Origin: Thraustochytrium aureum | Lineage: Eukaryota | Reading direction: 5' to 3' | Length of the DNA stretch: 20,000 bases | Assembly: GCA_012862495.1 (NCBI GenBank) | Contig: BLSG01000102.1 | Span: 56,216-76,215 of the forward strand | Notes under the pieces: model-generated | The model's database searches: none | Seen by the model: only the letters and a program-made list of their open reading frames with translations | Told to the model about the DNA's origin: nothing | Shown here: positions 1-9,885 of the stretch, in pieces | Numbering within the stretch: position 1 is the first letter of the stretch | Layout: every line of letters starts with the position of its first letter | Program-made: the position numbers and the translations under genes

Positions 1-810
1 CGCTGCCAACGAGGCCAACAATAAGGGCGATGTGACGATGGTGCCAAAACAAGTGCGCAAAGTGGGCTCTCTCGGGCGTCGACCCGGCGCCTTGCACGTG
101 GCTGTGGTGTTCGCTGTGGGGATGGACGCGCGTTTGGGCCGGCGGCGGGCGGCTCAGGAAAAAGCCCGCGCACGGCTCGGACAGATCCGAGCGGTGTTCG
201 AGGAGGCACTGGTGCAGGCGACCGAACCCGGGCTCGACTCTGCTGCAGAACGAGGAAATGTCCGTATGGCACTTGCAGAGCACCTGGTGGTTGGCCAGGG
301 TCGCAGCGCAGCGCGGTTGGATGTTGTTGATGTTCTCCAGGAGACACTGCGGCACGGCTGAAGCGCTGCCAGCCTGGCCTTCCCTGTCCCGTACTTGGGG
401 CGGGCAGAGCTTCTTGATGTCGGCATGGCACGCGCCCCCAAGGGGGTGGTGGCGCGCCCCGTGGCCTGCGCGGCTCCCGGGGCCGTGGCGCCCTTCGGGT
501 CCGCGCAGCAGCATCGGGCGCATATGTCGCTGGAACGCCTCGCCCGTCCGTTGCGCCTCCATCATCCCCAGGGACCCGAGCAAATGCACCAGGTCATCCT
601 CATCCGCCGCAAAAATCTCCTGCGCCGCAGCCTCCATCACCTCCAGCATCGCCAGCACATCCTGCCTGGTCGCCCCGGGGGGCAACTCCCCGACCACTCA
701 CCGAGTGCGGCGCTCCAAACCGCCGACCGCCACTGCGCGTCGACCATGCCCAGCGCCGGGGCCGCCGCCAGCAGCAGCACGGCGGCAGTAGCGCACGCCG
801 CGGCCTTCAT
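1..810 (-). CDS. Secretory-pathway protein with two cysteine-rich GLG1-type (Cys_rich_FGFR/CWC-like) repeats; 3' end outside window
   Basis: Not in the ORF track because it runs off the window. Manual translation is open from 697 to the edge: ...ACHADIKKLCP..QCLLENINNIQPRC..KCHTDISSFCSRVEPGFGRLHQCLLEHRSDLSEPC..., then a His-rich linker and a hydrophobic stretch (IALIVGLVG) at the edge. ATG 810 gives a signal-peptide-like MKAAACATAAVLLLAAAPALG but in another frame (break at about 700-745). Confidence 0.75.
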
Positions 811-1166
811 CCTCCTGCGCGCCTGCCGCTCTGCTGCTCCGGTGCCGTGCGTGCGTTTCGTGCGCCTGCGCGTTCGAGACTTTTCCTTGCCTGCTCTGTT
901 TCGGCTCTGCCACGGACTCTGATTGACGAGGAAGCGAGCACGATTGTTCTGCTCTCCTCTGCCCCCGCGGCCGTGCCAGACTCGCGCTTCGCTGCCTGGC
1001 CAGCTGCAGCTCTGCGACGCCAGCCCGTCCATCCCTCCGCCCGCCCTCGGCGCAGCGCCTGGGCGGCCGCGGGGCGCCGGCATTCTTCCGGTTGGCGCTC
1101 GCGAAGCTGCCTCGAGCGCGTCCCGCCGTCGGCGCGAGCAGTGCTGAATCCTGGCCGCACCCGCGC

Positions 1167-1221
1167 AGCGCCTTCGCAGCAGCGCGCAGCAGCGCGTAGC
1201 GCCTTCGCAGCAGCGCGCAGC
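1167..1221. repeat. 24-bp perfect direct repeat (AGCGCCTTCGCAGCAGCGCGCAGC x2, period 31)
   Basis: Copies at 1167-1190 and 1198-1221. Confidence 0.85.
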
Positions 1222-1537
1222 TTTACGCTCTACCGGCAGGCGTTCCCGGGCGCGCCAAGGCACGCCTTGCCGGCCTCGGCGGCGTGGAGGAGGCCGCTGT
1301 CGCGGGTTGGAAGCGCACCTCCTCNNNNNNNNNNNNNNNNNNNNNNNNNNNNNNNNNNNNNNNNNNNNNNNNNNNNNNNNNNNNNNNNNNNNNNNNNNNN
1401 NNNNNNNNNNNNNNNNNNNNNNNNNNNNNNNNNNNNNNNNNNNNNNNNNNNNNNNNNNNNNNNNNNNNNNNNNNNNNNNNNNNNNNNNNNNNNNNNNNNN
1501 NNNNNNNNNNNNNNNNNNNNNNNNNNNNNNNNNNNNN

Positions 1538-2201
1538 TGAGCGCAGCCGAGGAGGCCGGTGCCGCTGGCGCCGCGGACGGGGCGACCGTCGTGGCGTCTG
1601 TGCGCAGGCAGTCGTTCAGGGAGGGCGAAGCGACGGTATGCGCTGCGGCCCTCGGGCTGCCGGCGAGGGACGTGAGCGAGCCGTCGACGACTTGTACTCG
1701 GAGCTGCTCTATAGGTATGGGTTCAAGAGCTTGGAGCAGAGCGGCTCTGCGGAGCGCATCCCGGTGGTCGAGGCGCTTGGCGGGAAAATAGTTGCGCTCC
1801 TGTTCACCTCGGTCGCCGCCGCCGACCCCGAGGTGGGCGACTCGACGTTTCTGGAGATGCTGAAAAAACTCGTGACCAAGTACGCGCGCAACCTCGCGGT
1901 TGTGTTCGTGTCGATGGGAGATGGGGAGACCGAGGTGGAGGAGTTTCTCGCTGACAAGCCCGAGTTTTTTGGCGTCGCTCAGGAGGATGCGGCAACGCGT
2001 GCCACTCTCGCCGAGCAGTTTGGTGTCTACGCAATGTTCAACCCGACGCTGGTCATCATTAGCCCGCAGGGTTTGCACATCACTTCCTGGGGCAGAAGCG
2101 CAGTGATGTACAACCCAGAGTACGCGGTGATCGAGTGGAAGAACGGCCGCTCCGGCCTGCGCGTAGGACGGTACCTTGCGGCCAAAGTCTTTGGCATTTG
2201 A
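1538..2201 (+). CDS. Nucleoredoxin/tryparedoxin-like thioredoxin-fold protein lacking CxxC; 5' part in gap
   Basis: ALGGKIVALLF..FLEMLKKL..LAVVFVSMGDGETEVEEF..LAEQFGV..PTLVIISPQGLHITSWGRSAV follows the nucleoredoxin pattern. Stop TGA at 2199-2201. Probable 1-nt frame break near 1680. Confidence 0.75.
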
Positions 2202-2450
2202 CCGATAAAGCCGCGCCGCGGTCCACATCCTTGGAGAGCTCGGCTCGAGCCTGGACCCGCTCCCGCTGGCAGGCAAGCAAGCAAGGCGATGTTCGTTTGA
2301 TCTCAAGACAAAACAACAACAACAATCATGTTCTGGCATTGCGTTTCCTTCAAGGGTAAATCTGGGCAAGGAGAGAGCTAGCGCTCCACGGCAACCAAAC
2401 CCGCGGTCACCTCCCGCACAGCGAATGTCTCAACTGGCAATTTAGGCCGG

Positions 2451-4412
2451 TCACTTCACGTGGCCGTGCTTTGCCGATTTCGGACTCTCTGCAACAACCT
2501 CGGCATAGCTGCGCAGCTGGCTCTCGATGCGGGCGATCTGCTCGTCGTCATGCGAGATCCACAGCACTGCGGTGGCTTGTTCGCGCACGAGCTGCTCGAC
2601 GCTATGCTCGACCTGAAGCTTGGTGGACATGTCGAGCGCCGACGTGGACTCGTCGAGGAGCAGGACTTTGGGGCGCGATGCCATTGCGAGCGCGACGATC
2701 ACACGCTGCGCCTCGCCGCCCGAGAGCTCCTTCCACTCCTTGTCGATACTGCCCCGCATCATGCCCCAGGTGGAGAGCAGCCTGTTGGTGTCATCCACCA
2801 TTTCCTGAAAGGTGGGGGCGTCGAGCGCGGTGCGGTTCACGGCGAGACTTGTGATCAGCCGCACATAGTCGCGCGGCGTCCCTGGCGTATCCACCTTGTA
2901 CTGGGTCACGTAGCGCACCTTTTGGCGCCAGGCGCACATGGAGGGGAACGCAGACCGCGGCTTGCCGTTGAGGCGGATCTCGCCACTATCCAGAGGCACC
3001 AGGCCGGCCAAGCTCCGAAGGAGCTGGCTCTTGCCGCAGCCCGACGGGCCCGTGACGACCGCGACCTCGCCCTTGCCAAGGCGAAAGCTGTAGTTTGTGA
3101 AAAGGTTGCGCCGCATCGCGCTCGCAGGGTCGCTACCAACAGGCNNNNNNNNNNNNNNNNNNNNNNNNNNNNNNNNNNNNNNNNNNNNNNNNNNNNNNNN
3201 NNNNNNNNNNNNNNNNNNNNNNNNNNNNNNNNNNNNNNNNNNNNNNNNNNNNNNNNNNNNNNNNNNNNNNNNNNNNNNNNNNNNNNNNNNNNNNNNNNNN
3301 NNNNNNNNNNNNNNNNNNNNNNNNNNNNNNNNNNNNNNNNNNNNNNNNNNNNNNNNNNNNNNNNNNNNNNNNNNNNNNNNNNNNNNNNNNNNNNNNNNNN
3401 NNNNNNNNNNNNNNNNNNNNNNNNNNNNNGTTGCAGGCCGGGGGCTTGAGCCCCCCTCGCCGACCTCGGCGTCTACCGTGGCCGCCACCGGCCTGTACCC
3501 ATCCATTATTGCGCACCAGTAGTTGCAGAGCAGGCAGCACGTGTTGGCCACAATCGACACGAGGTGCTCCTTGGGCGACTTTGCCTTCGCCACAGCGCGC
3601 TTGACAAAGACGTCCTGGCGCAACTGGTGCGAGTCGTTGAACGCAACGCCCATGACGATGAGAAAGATCGTCAGGATGGACCCGAACCCGCACACCGCAA
3701 TCAGGTACATGATGAGCATTTGGTACCGCGCGGCGACGTCCGGGGAGCTCCCGCCCAGCACCTGACCGGTCATCATGCCCGGGATGCTGATCAGGCCGAT
3801 CACCGCCATGCTGTTAATCGTCGGCATCGTCCCCACCTTGACGCATTCGCGCAACAGGCGGGCACTGGCCTCGTAGCGCGTCGCGCCAAAGCTCAGCAGA
3901 AGCTCCACCTCGCTGCGCTGCTCCACGAAAGCGGTCATCAGCGCGTTGAGGGAGAGCGAGATGCCCGTGATCACGTTCCCGAACAGCATCCCGCAGATCG
4001 GGATCACGTACTGCGGGTCGAGCGGGTTGGCGGGCCGAATCACCACGCCAAACGCAAAGGCGGACACGGCCGCGACGTTGAGCAAGATGGCGATGAACAC
4101 GGCCCAGAACTGGCCGCGAAAGCCGTACTTGGGCCTCGACGAGCACTCTCGCGAGGCCAGGATCACCATCAAGAGCACATACAGGAGCACGACCCACCAG
4201 TGCTTTTGGCCCTGCACAAAAATCGGCTTGAGCACATACCCAAGTATTGCCAGCTGCACGAACGTCCTGACCGACGACACGACAATGTCGCTCACCAGCC
4301 CAAGGTCCAGCGCCCACGACGCGGCGCACACCAGCAGAAGCGGCGTCATGCTGACGAGCACCATCTCGTTCGGCACGTCCACGAGCCCATCGCTCCCTAC
4401 GCTCGACGCCAT
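2451..4412 (-). CDS. ABC transporter: UPF0014 permease (FetB/YbbM/STAR2/ALS3-like) apparently fused to a FetA/YbbL/STAR1-like ATPase
   Basis: N-terminal half: RTFVQLAILGYVL, PQYVIPICGMLFGN, E.LLSFGAT..EA, PTINSMAVIGLISIPGMMTGQVLGG..P..AARYQ. C-terminal half: Walker A GPSGCGKS, Q-loop YVTQ, signature LSGGEAQR, Walker B VLLLDESTSALD, H-loop WISHD. Gap 3145-3429 lies in the linker. First ATG at 4412. Confidence 0.88.
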   Translation of the reverse strand: MASSVGSDGLVDVPNEMVLVSMTPLLLVCAASWALDLGLVSDIVVSSVRTFVQLAILGYVLKPIFVQGQKHWWVVLLYVLLMVILASRECSSRPKYGFRGQFWAVFIAILLNVAAVSAFAFGVVIRPANPLDPQYVIPICGMLFGNVITGISLSLNALMTAFVEQRSEVELLLSFGATRYEASARLLRECVKVGTMPTINSMAVIGLISIPGMMTGQVLGGSSPDVAARYQMLIMYLIAVCGFGSILTIFLIVMGVAFNDSHQLRQDVFVKRAVAKAKSPKEHLVSIVANTCCLLCNYWCAIMDGYRPVAATVDAEVGEGGSSPRPAXXXXXXXXXXXXXXXXXXXXXXXXXXXXXXXXXXXXXXXXXXXXXXXXXXXXXXXXXXXXXXXXXXXXXXXXXXXXXXXXXXXXXXXXXXXXXXXXPVGSDPASAMRRNLFTNYSFRLGKGEVAVVTGPSGCGKSQLLRSLAGLVPLDSGEIRLNGKPRSAFPSMCAWRQKVRYVTQYKVDTPGTPRDYVRLITSLAVNRTALDAPTFQEMVDDTNRLLSTWGMMRGSIDKEWKELSGGEAQRVIVALAMASRPKVLLLDESTSALDMSTKLQVEHSVEQLVREQATAVLWISHDDEQIARIESQLRSYAEVVAESPKSAKHGHVK

Positions 4413-4447
4413 CGCGGGCACGGCGCAAGGCTTCCAATCCTGGCCCC

Positions 4448-4495
4448 AACAAACCAACCAAACAAACAAACAAACAACAAACAACAATCAAACAA
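4448..4495. repeat. Degenerate (AAAC/AAC)n microsatellite
   Basis: aacaaaccaaccaaacaaacaaacaaacaacaaacaacaatcaaacaa, just upstream of the ABC gene start. Confidence 0.85.
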
Positions 4496-4848
4496 TCGTT
4501 CCAGCCGCCCGTCCCGCGCCACGCCCTGCGCCACGCCCTCCCTCCCTCCCGCCCTCGCGCGTCGTTCGCGATGTTGGGGCTCTGCACTGCCGGCAACTGC
4601 GCTCCTCTGTTCGCCCCCAAAACCGCCCTGTCCCTCACCTCAGCCTCTATCCGCGCCAATTAATCCACCGTATCTTCACTCTATGAAAATTGCGCGTCGA
4701 GAATGCTCAAAAGTAAAAGATGGTCAGGAAACGCGGTTTTTGTTCATAGGGATGCGTACCGGAGACCGTAACGGAACCTCGCCGGAGTGGAACAGAACGC
4801 TGGCAGAGCCCTAACGGGACGCGGGAAGACTGGAAGGGGACGGGACGC

Positions 4849-5160
4849 GGCTCTGCGGCGACGACGCGCCGGCGGCAGCACTTGCTCGAGTCCATTCGTG
4901 GCTCTGCGGCGACGACGCGCCGGCGGCCGCACTTGCTCAAGTCCATTTGTGGCTCTGCGGCAACGACGCACAGGCGGCCGCACTTGCTCAAGTCCATTCG
5001 TGGCTCTGCGGCAACGCGCACAGGCGGCCGCATTTTGCAGGTGGCTCTGTGCGAACGACGCATTGGCAGCCGCATTTTTCNCCAGATTGTCCGCGGCTCT
5101 GCGGCAACGACGCGTCGGCCGGCAGGCCATTTTCCATCTCTGGCGGCTCTGCGGGGCGAC
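4849..5160. repeat. Minisatellite with about 51-bp unit, about 6 copies
   Basis: Units begin GGCTCTG at 4849, 4900, 4951, 5002, 5043, 5095 and 5145. The first three are near-identical (ggctctgcggcRacgacgc..ggcggccgcacttgctcaagtccattYgt); later ones are degenerate. Confidence 0.93.
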
Positions 5161-5256
5161 TGCGCTTGCTGGGGACTGCTAGCAGCTTTGTGCGGCAGCC
5201 GCACTCGCTCGTTTTGTGGCACGGCTAGAGGTGCCGGGGCGGGATTGCCCTGGAAA

Positions 5257-6902
5257 ATGGCGCGCGTGGCTCGGGCTGCTTTGACGCTCGTACTGGCACT
5301 TGGCGCGGTCGCTGGGCACAAGCCACGCGGGACGGGCAAGCATGAAATGACGATGGAGAGACGCGATGACGAAGAGGCTGGGTTTGCTGCGTTGGTCGAG
5401 GATGGGGATTGGGAGAAGGATGTGTTTGAGGTCGAGTTCAGGACGGCCGGCCCGCTCGGCATGCAGTTCGACGGCAAGCTGTGCGTGATGGGGTTTCAAG
5501 CGGTTGGTGGGAGCGGCAAACTGGGCTACGCAGAGAAGTCTGGGCTCATTCACATCGGGGACAGGCTCGTCGCTGTGAACGGCGACGCCGTGGATGAGCT
5601 CAGAACGAGCGACGCGTTCCAAGTGCTGCAAGAAGCCGCGCAGGCCAGCGCGCAGAGCGGCACGCCACGCCGATTCAGGTTCAGGCGAGGCGAAGGGTCC
5701 GGCTCTGTGCGCCAACTCTCGGAGCATGCGGCGGCCGTGGCAAGTGGCAAGCTTGAGCACATGGACGTCTTCGGGTTTTCAAACGAGGAGATACCTGTGC
5801 ACGCGATGCTTGCGGAGGGGCTAGGCGTGGCGCCAAAGGACTGCACGGTGCGGCCGCTGGTATTTGTCGAGCCGAGCACAGGGTGTGCCGACAGCCTGGA
5901 CACGCCCCCAGCAAAGCTGAAAGGCGCCTTTGCTGTGGTTTGGCGCGGCGAGTGCTCGTTCCACAGCAAGGCGCTCCACCTGCAAAACTACGGCGCGGCA
6001 GGCGTGATTGTGGTAAACTCGGAGGACCGCCTCTTCCGTATGCGCATGGAAGACGCGCTTGACAATGAGGTAAACATTCCCCTTGCTCTGATTTCGCGGC
6101 CTGACGGGGAGGCTCTCTTTCAGATGCAAGAGCACCACGCTCGCGACCTTAGCCGGCACCTAAAGGCCAGGTTAGTTGCCACGCAAGACTGCTTTGCGCT
6201 CGAGGAGCGCGAGGAGGCCATGCGCGAGGCGAAATCGTCCCTTTCGCGCGAGTACTTGCAGAGCAGTGGGCTCGAGGGCGAGGAGCGCGAGACGATGCAG
6301 GTACGCCATCGTCTTTATTTGGTGTATTGGCGCCAGCGGGTCGCTTGCATATTGTGGGCGACGAGGCGGCAAGCTTTGACTTCCTTTCTGCTCAGTTCAG
6401 CGGCCCGCTTCCGCTGGGCTTGCCCATGGGGCTGCGATCAAGCATGATCAGGGCCAGCACGGTGGATGCTGTCGTTGTGCGCGACTGGGACGCCGGCAAC
6501 CTTGCGCCGCTGCTTTCTCTGCTGGAGCAGGCTGAGCGTGACGGCCCGCCAGCGTGCGTCGTGGTCGTCTCGCGCAACACGTCTATCTGGCAGCTTGCCG
6601 GCCCTCTTCCGAGTCCATTCAAGATCTCTGTCGTGATGGTGTCGCAGCGCGCCGGTGGGCGCCTCGCAGAGGCCCAACGGCGGGGCGAGTCCATCCGGCT
6701 GGAGGCACTGCACAATGTCAAGCACCGGTGGGACGAGCTGCACAAGCTCGCATCAGCGGTCGGTCATGGCGCGCTCGATGCGAAGATGCGCACGCGCCTC
6801 GCAGCTCGATTCGGCAAGCGAATGACATCGCACAACGGTGACCGGCACGTCTCGTCGTGCTGGACAGAGCACTTTGACGCGAGTCTTCGCTCGCTCCAAT
6901 AG
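5257..6902 (+). CDS. Signal-peptide protein with a PDZ-like domain, a protease-associated (PA) domain and a second degenerate PA-like domain; probable intron 6301-6395
   Basis: Signal: MARVARAALTLVLALGAVAG. PDZ-like: EVEFRTAGPLGMQF..AEKSGLIHIGDRLVAVNG. PA: GC..GAFAVVWRGECSFHSKALHLQNYGAAGVIVVNS..IPLALISRPDGEAL. CAG|GTACGC..TTTGAC..ttcctttctgctcag| joins in phase 0 to the ORF ending TAG 6902 (FSGPLP..CVVVVS..ISVVMVSQRAGGRL). Confidence 0.8.
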
Positions 6903-7051
6903 CCCAACTTTCCCTCGCCCCGCCCTCTTCCAGAGCTTTAGCACTCTCTGCACTACGAGAGCCTTCTGCCGGCGGTTTGGCGGCGAGACGGGCGATAAAC
7001 TGTGTTTTTGTGTCGTTGCCAATAAGTGCGCCTTGCCCGCGCTCGCGGCCC

Positions 7052-9188
7052 TCAGAGCTTGGTCCCGTCAGCGTTGCGTCCGAAAGCATCGGTTAGCCCT
7101 TCGCCCGCTTTCTGCTTCTTGCTGGGCGGCTCGGAGCGCAGCAGGCTTTCCACGTTGCTTGTGCAATGCGTCGCCAGGACGTGCGCCACGCAGCACGAGA
7201 GCTTGCCGGAAAACTCGATGTGCAGGAACTCGTTGGGACTGCGCCGGGCCGAGCGAGCGCTGTAAGTTTTCGCAGGTGTCGCGCGGGTCACTGCGATTTG
7301 TACCCTTAGCGCCGCCGCCTGCAAACCGAACACACGAGCCGTACTTACCCGTGGGCGTTGCTACCCGGTCCGAGGCACCCGATGATGAAAAACTGGGCCT
7401 GCGGGAACATCTCTCCGAGCATGCCCATGAACGGGATGCTGCGCGCGTGCAATGCTAGCGTCAGCAAGCGAGCACGCAAGCAAAGGGGCCAAGCCGCAGG
7501 AGCGAGTACGACGAGCAAACGGGCTCCTTCCGCGAGGCGAATTCGACGCGACAGGGGCCATGCTCGTACCAGCGAGCGAGCGAGCAAACAAGCATGCAAA
7601 CAAGCGTGATGCAACGTACGAGCCCCCCTCGCCCATGTACATGGCGCCCTTGCCAAAGTAAGCCTTGGAGGCCTCTTCCGCGGCCGCCTCGAGCCACGGC
7701 GCAACAGGCGGGGCCGCCCAGCCGCGACCTATCTTGCCCGCATTGAAGCTTGCTTTGGCGTTGTAGGGCACGTCCTTGGTAAAAAGGCCTGTGAGCGTCC
7801 CGACCACGTTGGCCGTGTCTAGCGTCGGCGGGAGCCGGATGCTGAGCGCGAGCGTGGTAGAGGGGCGCAGCACGTTGCCGGCCGCTCCAGCGGGCGGGAG
7901 ACCGTCAGCGCCGACCACGGCCAGCTGCGGGCGCCACCAGCGGTTGAGCGCGAGCTCTGCAAGCCGGTCCTTGCCCTCTGGTACTTGGACAGGAAGGCCG
8001 CCGTCGAGAAACGGAAAACAGTTCACCATGCCGGCCTCCCCAAGTACGGCGGCAGCCTTGGCAACTTGCTCGCGGACCTTGTCCGGGATCTCTGCGTGGA
8101 GCTCGGGCGGGACGATCTCACCGGTCTCGACGTCTTCGAGGCGGTCCAGGAGGTGGCGCGCAATGCGAAACGTGTCGGGAATGACGCCGGAGCCGTCGCC
8201 CGAGTGGACGCCCTCCGAGGTGAGCTCGACGTGGAGCTTGCCAACGCAAACGCCGCGGAGGCTGTTGGTGACCCAGAGCTGCTCGTAGTTGCCGCAGCCC
8301 GAGTCGAGACAGACGACGAGGTTTGGGGTCCCGATGCGGTGTTTCAATAGGTTGATGTAAAAGGGCAGATCCGGGCTTCCAGACTCTTCGCACGCCTCGA
8401 TGATCACTACGCAGCGACCGTGTGGGACGCCTTGCTCTTGCAGCGCGCGAATGGCGGTGATCGCGCAAAACGCCGCGTAGCCGTCGTCGGCGCCGCCGCG
8501 ACCGTAGAGCTTGCCGTCCTTGATGACAGGTTCGTACGGAGCCAGCCCCGCGCGCCATCCGGTGAAGGGCGGCTGCTTGTCCATGTGCCCGTAGAGGAGG
8601 ACAGTCCCGACCTGAGATAGATCTACGCCGTCTGTGGGAGCCACCTCAACATACAGGAGGGGTGTTCGCTCGTCCTCTGTGTAAAGGTCGACCACCATGT
8701 TTTTCACGGGCTGGGCGCGGACCCAGTTCTCGATGAGCGCCATGGCCTTGTCTTGGTTCTCTGTTGGGGTGGGCAAGCAGAGGGCGGGGGTTAGCTTTGG
8801 CTCTCTCTCGCCTTGATCTNNNNNNNNNNNNNNNNNNNNNNNNNNNNNNNNNNNNNNNNNNNNNNNNNNNNNNNNNNNNNNNNNNNNNNNNNNNNNNNNN
8901 NNNNNNNNNNNNNNNNNNNNNNNNNNNNNNNNNNNNNNNNNNNNNNNNNNNNNNNNNNNNNNNNNNNNNNNNNNNNNNNNNAGAGAGAGAGAGAGCTTGT
9001 CGTCGAGAGAGAAGCACAACGGGTCGGGTCTGCACCGCGCACCTTCACTTACCCTTGTCCACCATGTTGTCTGGGGTCGTGAAGAACGGCGACACGTTGG
9101 GGATGCGAACATATTCTTCAAGCTTGGGGATGCATTCTGTGCTCCACTTGTCGAGCACAAACGCCTCGATCTGCTCCGCGTCAACCAT
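7052..9188 (-). CDS. M20-family metallopeptidase (dipeptidase/ArgE-DapE-like); exons 9188-9053, 8760-7620, 7438-7349, 7238-7052
   Basis: Motifs: LEEYVRIPNVSP, LYGHMDKQPP, LYGRGGADDG, EACEESGS, CLDSG, GVHSG, GEGGSIPF, SNAHGPNEFL. All three GT-AG introns restore the frame. Branch sites GCTAAC (intron 1) and GCTGAC (intron 2) precede the acceptors. Confidence 0.95.
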
Positions 9189-9241
9189 CTCGCAGCCCAG
9201 CGCCTCGAATCGCGTCCCGCGCAACAAGCAAGAGCAAGCAC

Positions 9242-9278
9242 GCAGGCAGGCAGGCAGGCAGGCAGGAAAGCAAGCAAA
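9242..9278. repeat. (GCAG)n/(GCAA)n microsatellite upstream of the M20 start codon
   Basis: gcaggcaggcaggcaggcaggcaggaaagcaagcaaa. Confidence 0.85.
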
Positions 9279-9399
9279 CGGCCAGCCAGAAACCCCGCTC
9301 GACAAGCAGGTACCACGCGGCGCCGTCGATGCCAGCAGCCCGTTGCGGCTCTGCGAGGCCCGCGTCCCGCACAGAACAACCAGGGCAGCAACTTTGTGG

Positions 9400-9640
9400 C
9401 CATTTTATATTGAACTTCAATACTCATACCCCAACCCAGTATCCCAATGGATATTGAATTTTCAGCCCCTACCTACCCACCACAAAGAGCAGTGTTCTTG
9501 AAAAACTCCAACTTTCTTTAGATACTAAAATTCAAGAAACAGCAATGAAACTCAAGCTTTGAAAATCTTGATTATCCATGGTGTCACTAGTGGGTTAACT
9601 CCATTTGAATATGAAAATTCAATATTATTATTCCGAAGAA
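9400..9640. promoter_or_regulatory. AT-rich divergent promoter segment with a 14-bp inverted repeat and four GAAnnTTC/TTCnnGAA motifs
   Basis: ATATTGAATTTTCA (9451-9464) and TGAAAATTCAATAT (9612-9625). HSE-like cores at 9456, 9495, 9531 and 9613. Palindrome TATTGAA-C-TTCAATA at 9408-9422. Confidence 0.5.
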
Positions 9641-9885
9641 CAAAGGGAGCGAAAGGAACGATGAGGAGGATGAGCGGCGTTCATCCGTCGATCGAGAGCA
9701 GACCGAACACGAAGTACACGCACGAGACTCGCTCGCGCTGCGGTGGGCTTGCGTGCGTTCGTGCGCGGGTGCGTGTGGCGCGAGAAGGGCTGCGGCCGCG
9801 GCTTGGCTTGGCTTGCTTTGGGCAGAGCCCGAAAACGTAACCGTTTGTTCCGTGCCAAGCAAGAGGCACAACGCGAGGTTTTGAG

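Noticed and set aside
662..701. Intron starting at GTGAGT (701) to join the signal peptide to the GLG1 frame
   Set aside because: None of the nearby AG acceptors I checked gives the required phase.
3564..4814. Long antisense ORFs (also 1230-2369, 9587-11320, 16533-17672, 18146-19531)
   Set aside because: They are shadow frames of GC3-rich genes, several are inflated by N runs, and none has recognisable motifs.
4849..5160. CRISPR-like array
   Set aside because: Whole units are similar with no unique spacers, there are no cas genes, and the context is eukaryotic.
4707..5256. Repeat-peptide ORFs (VVAAEP.., RGSAAT..) and the extended 4882 start
   Set aside because: These are by-products of the 51-bp repeat. 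ATG 5257 gives a clear signal peptide.
7052..7063. C-terminal TKL as a peroxisomal PTS1 on the M20 peptidase
   Set aside because: It is a non-canonical variant and the last exon end is unconfirmed.
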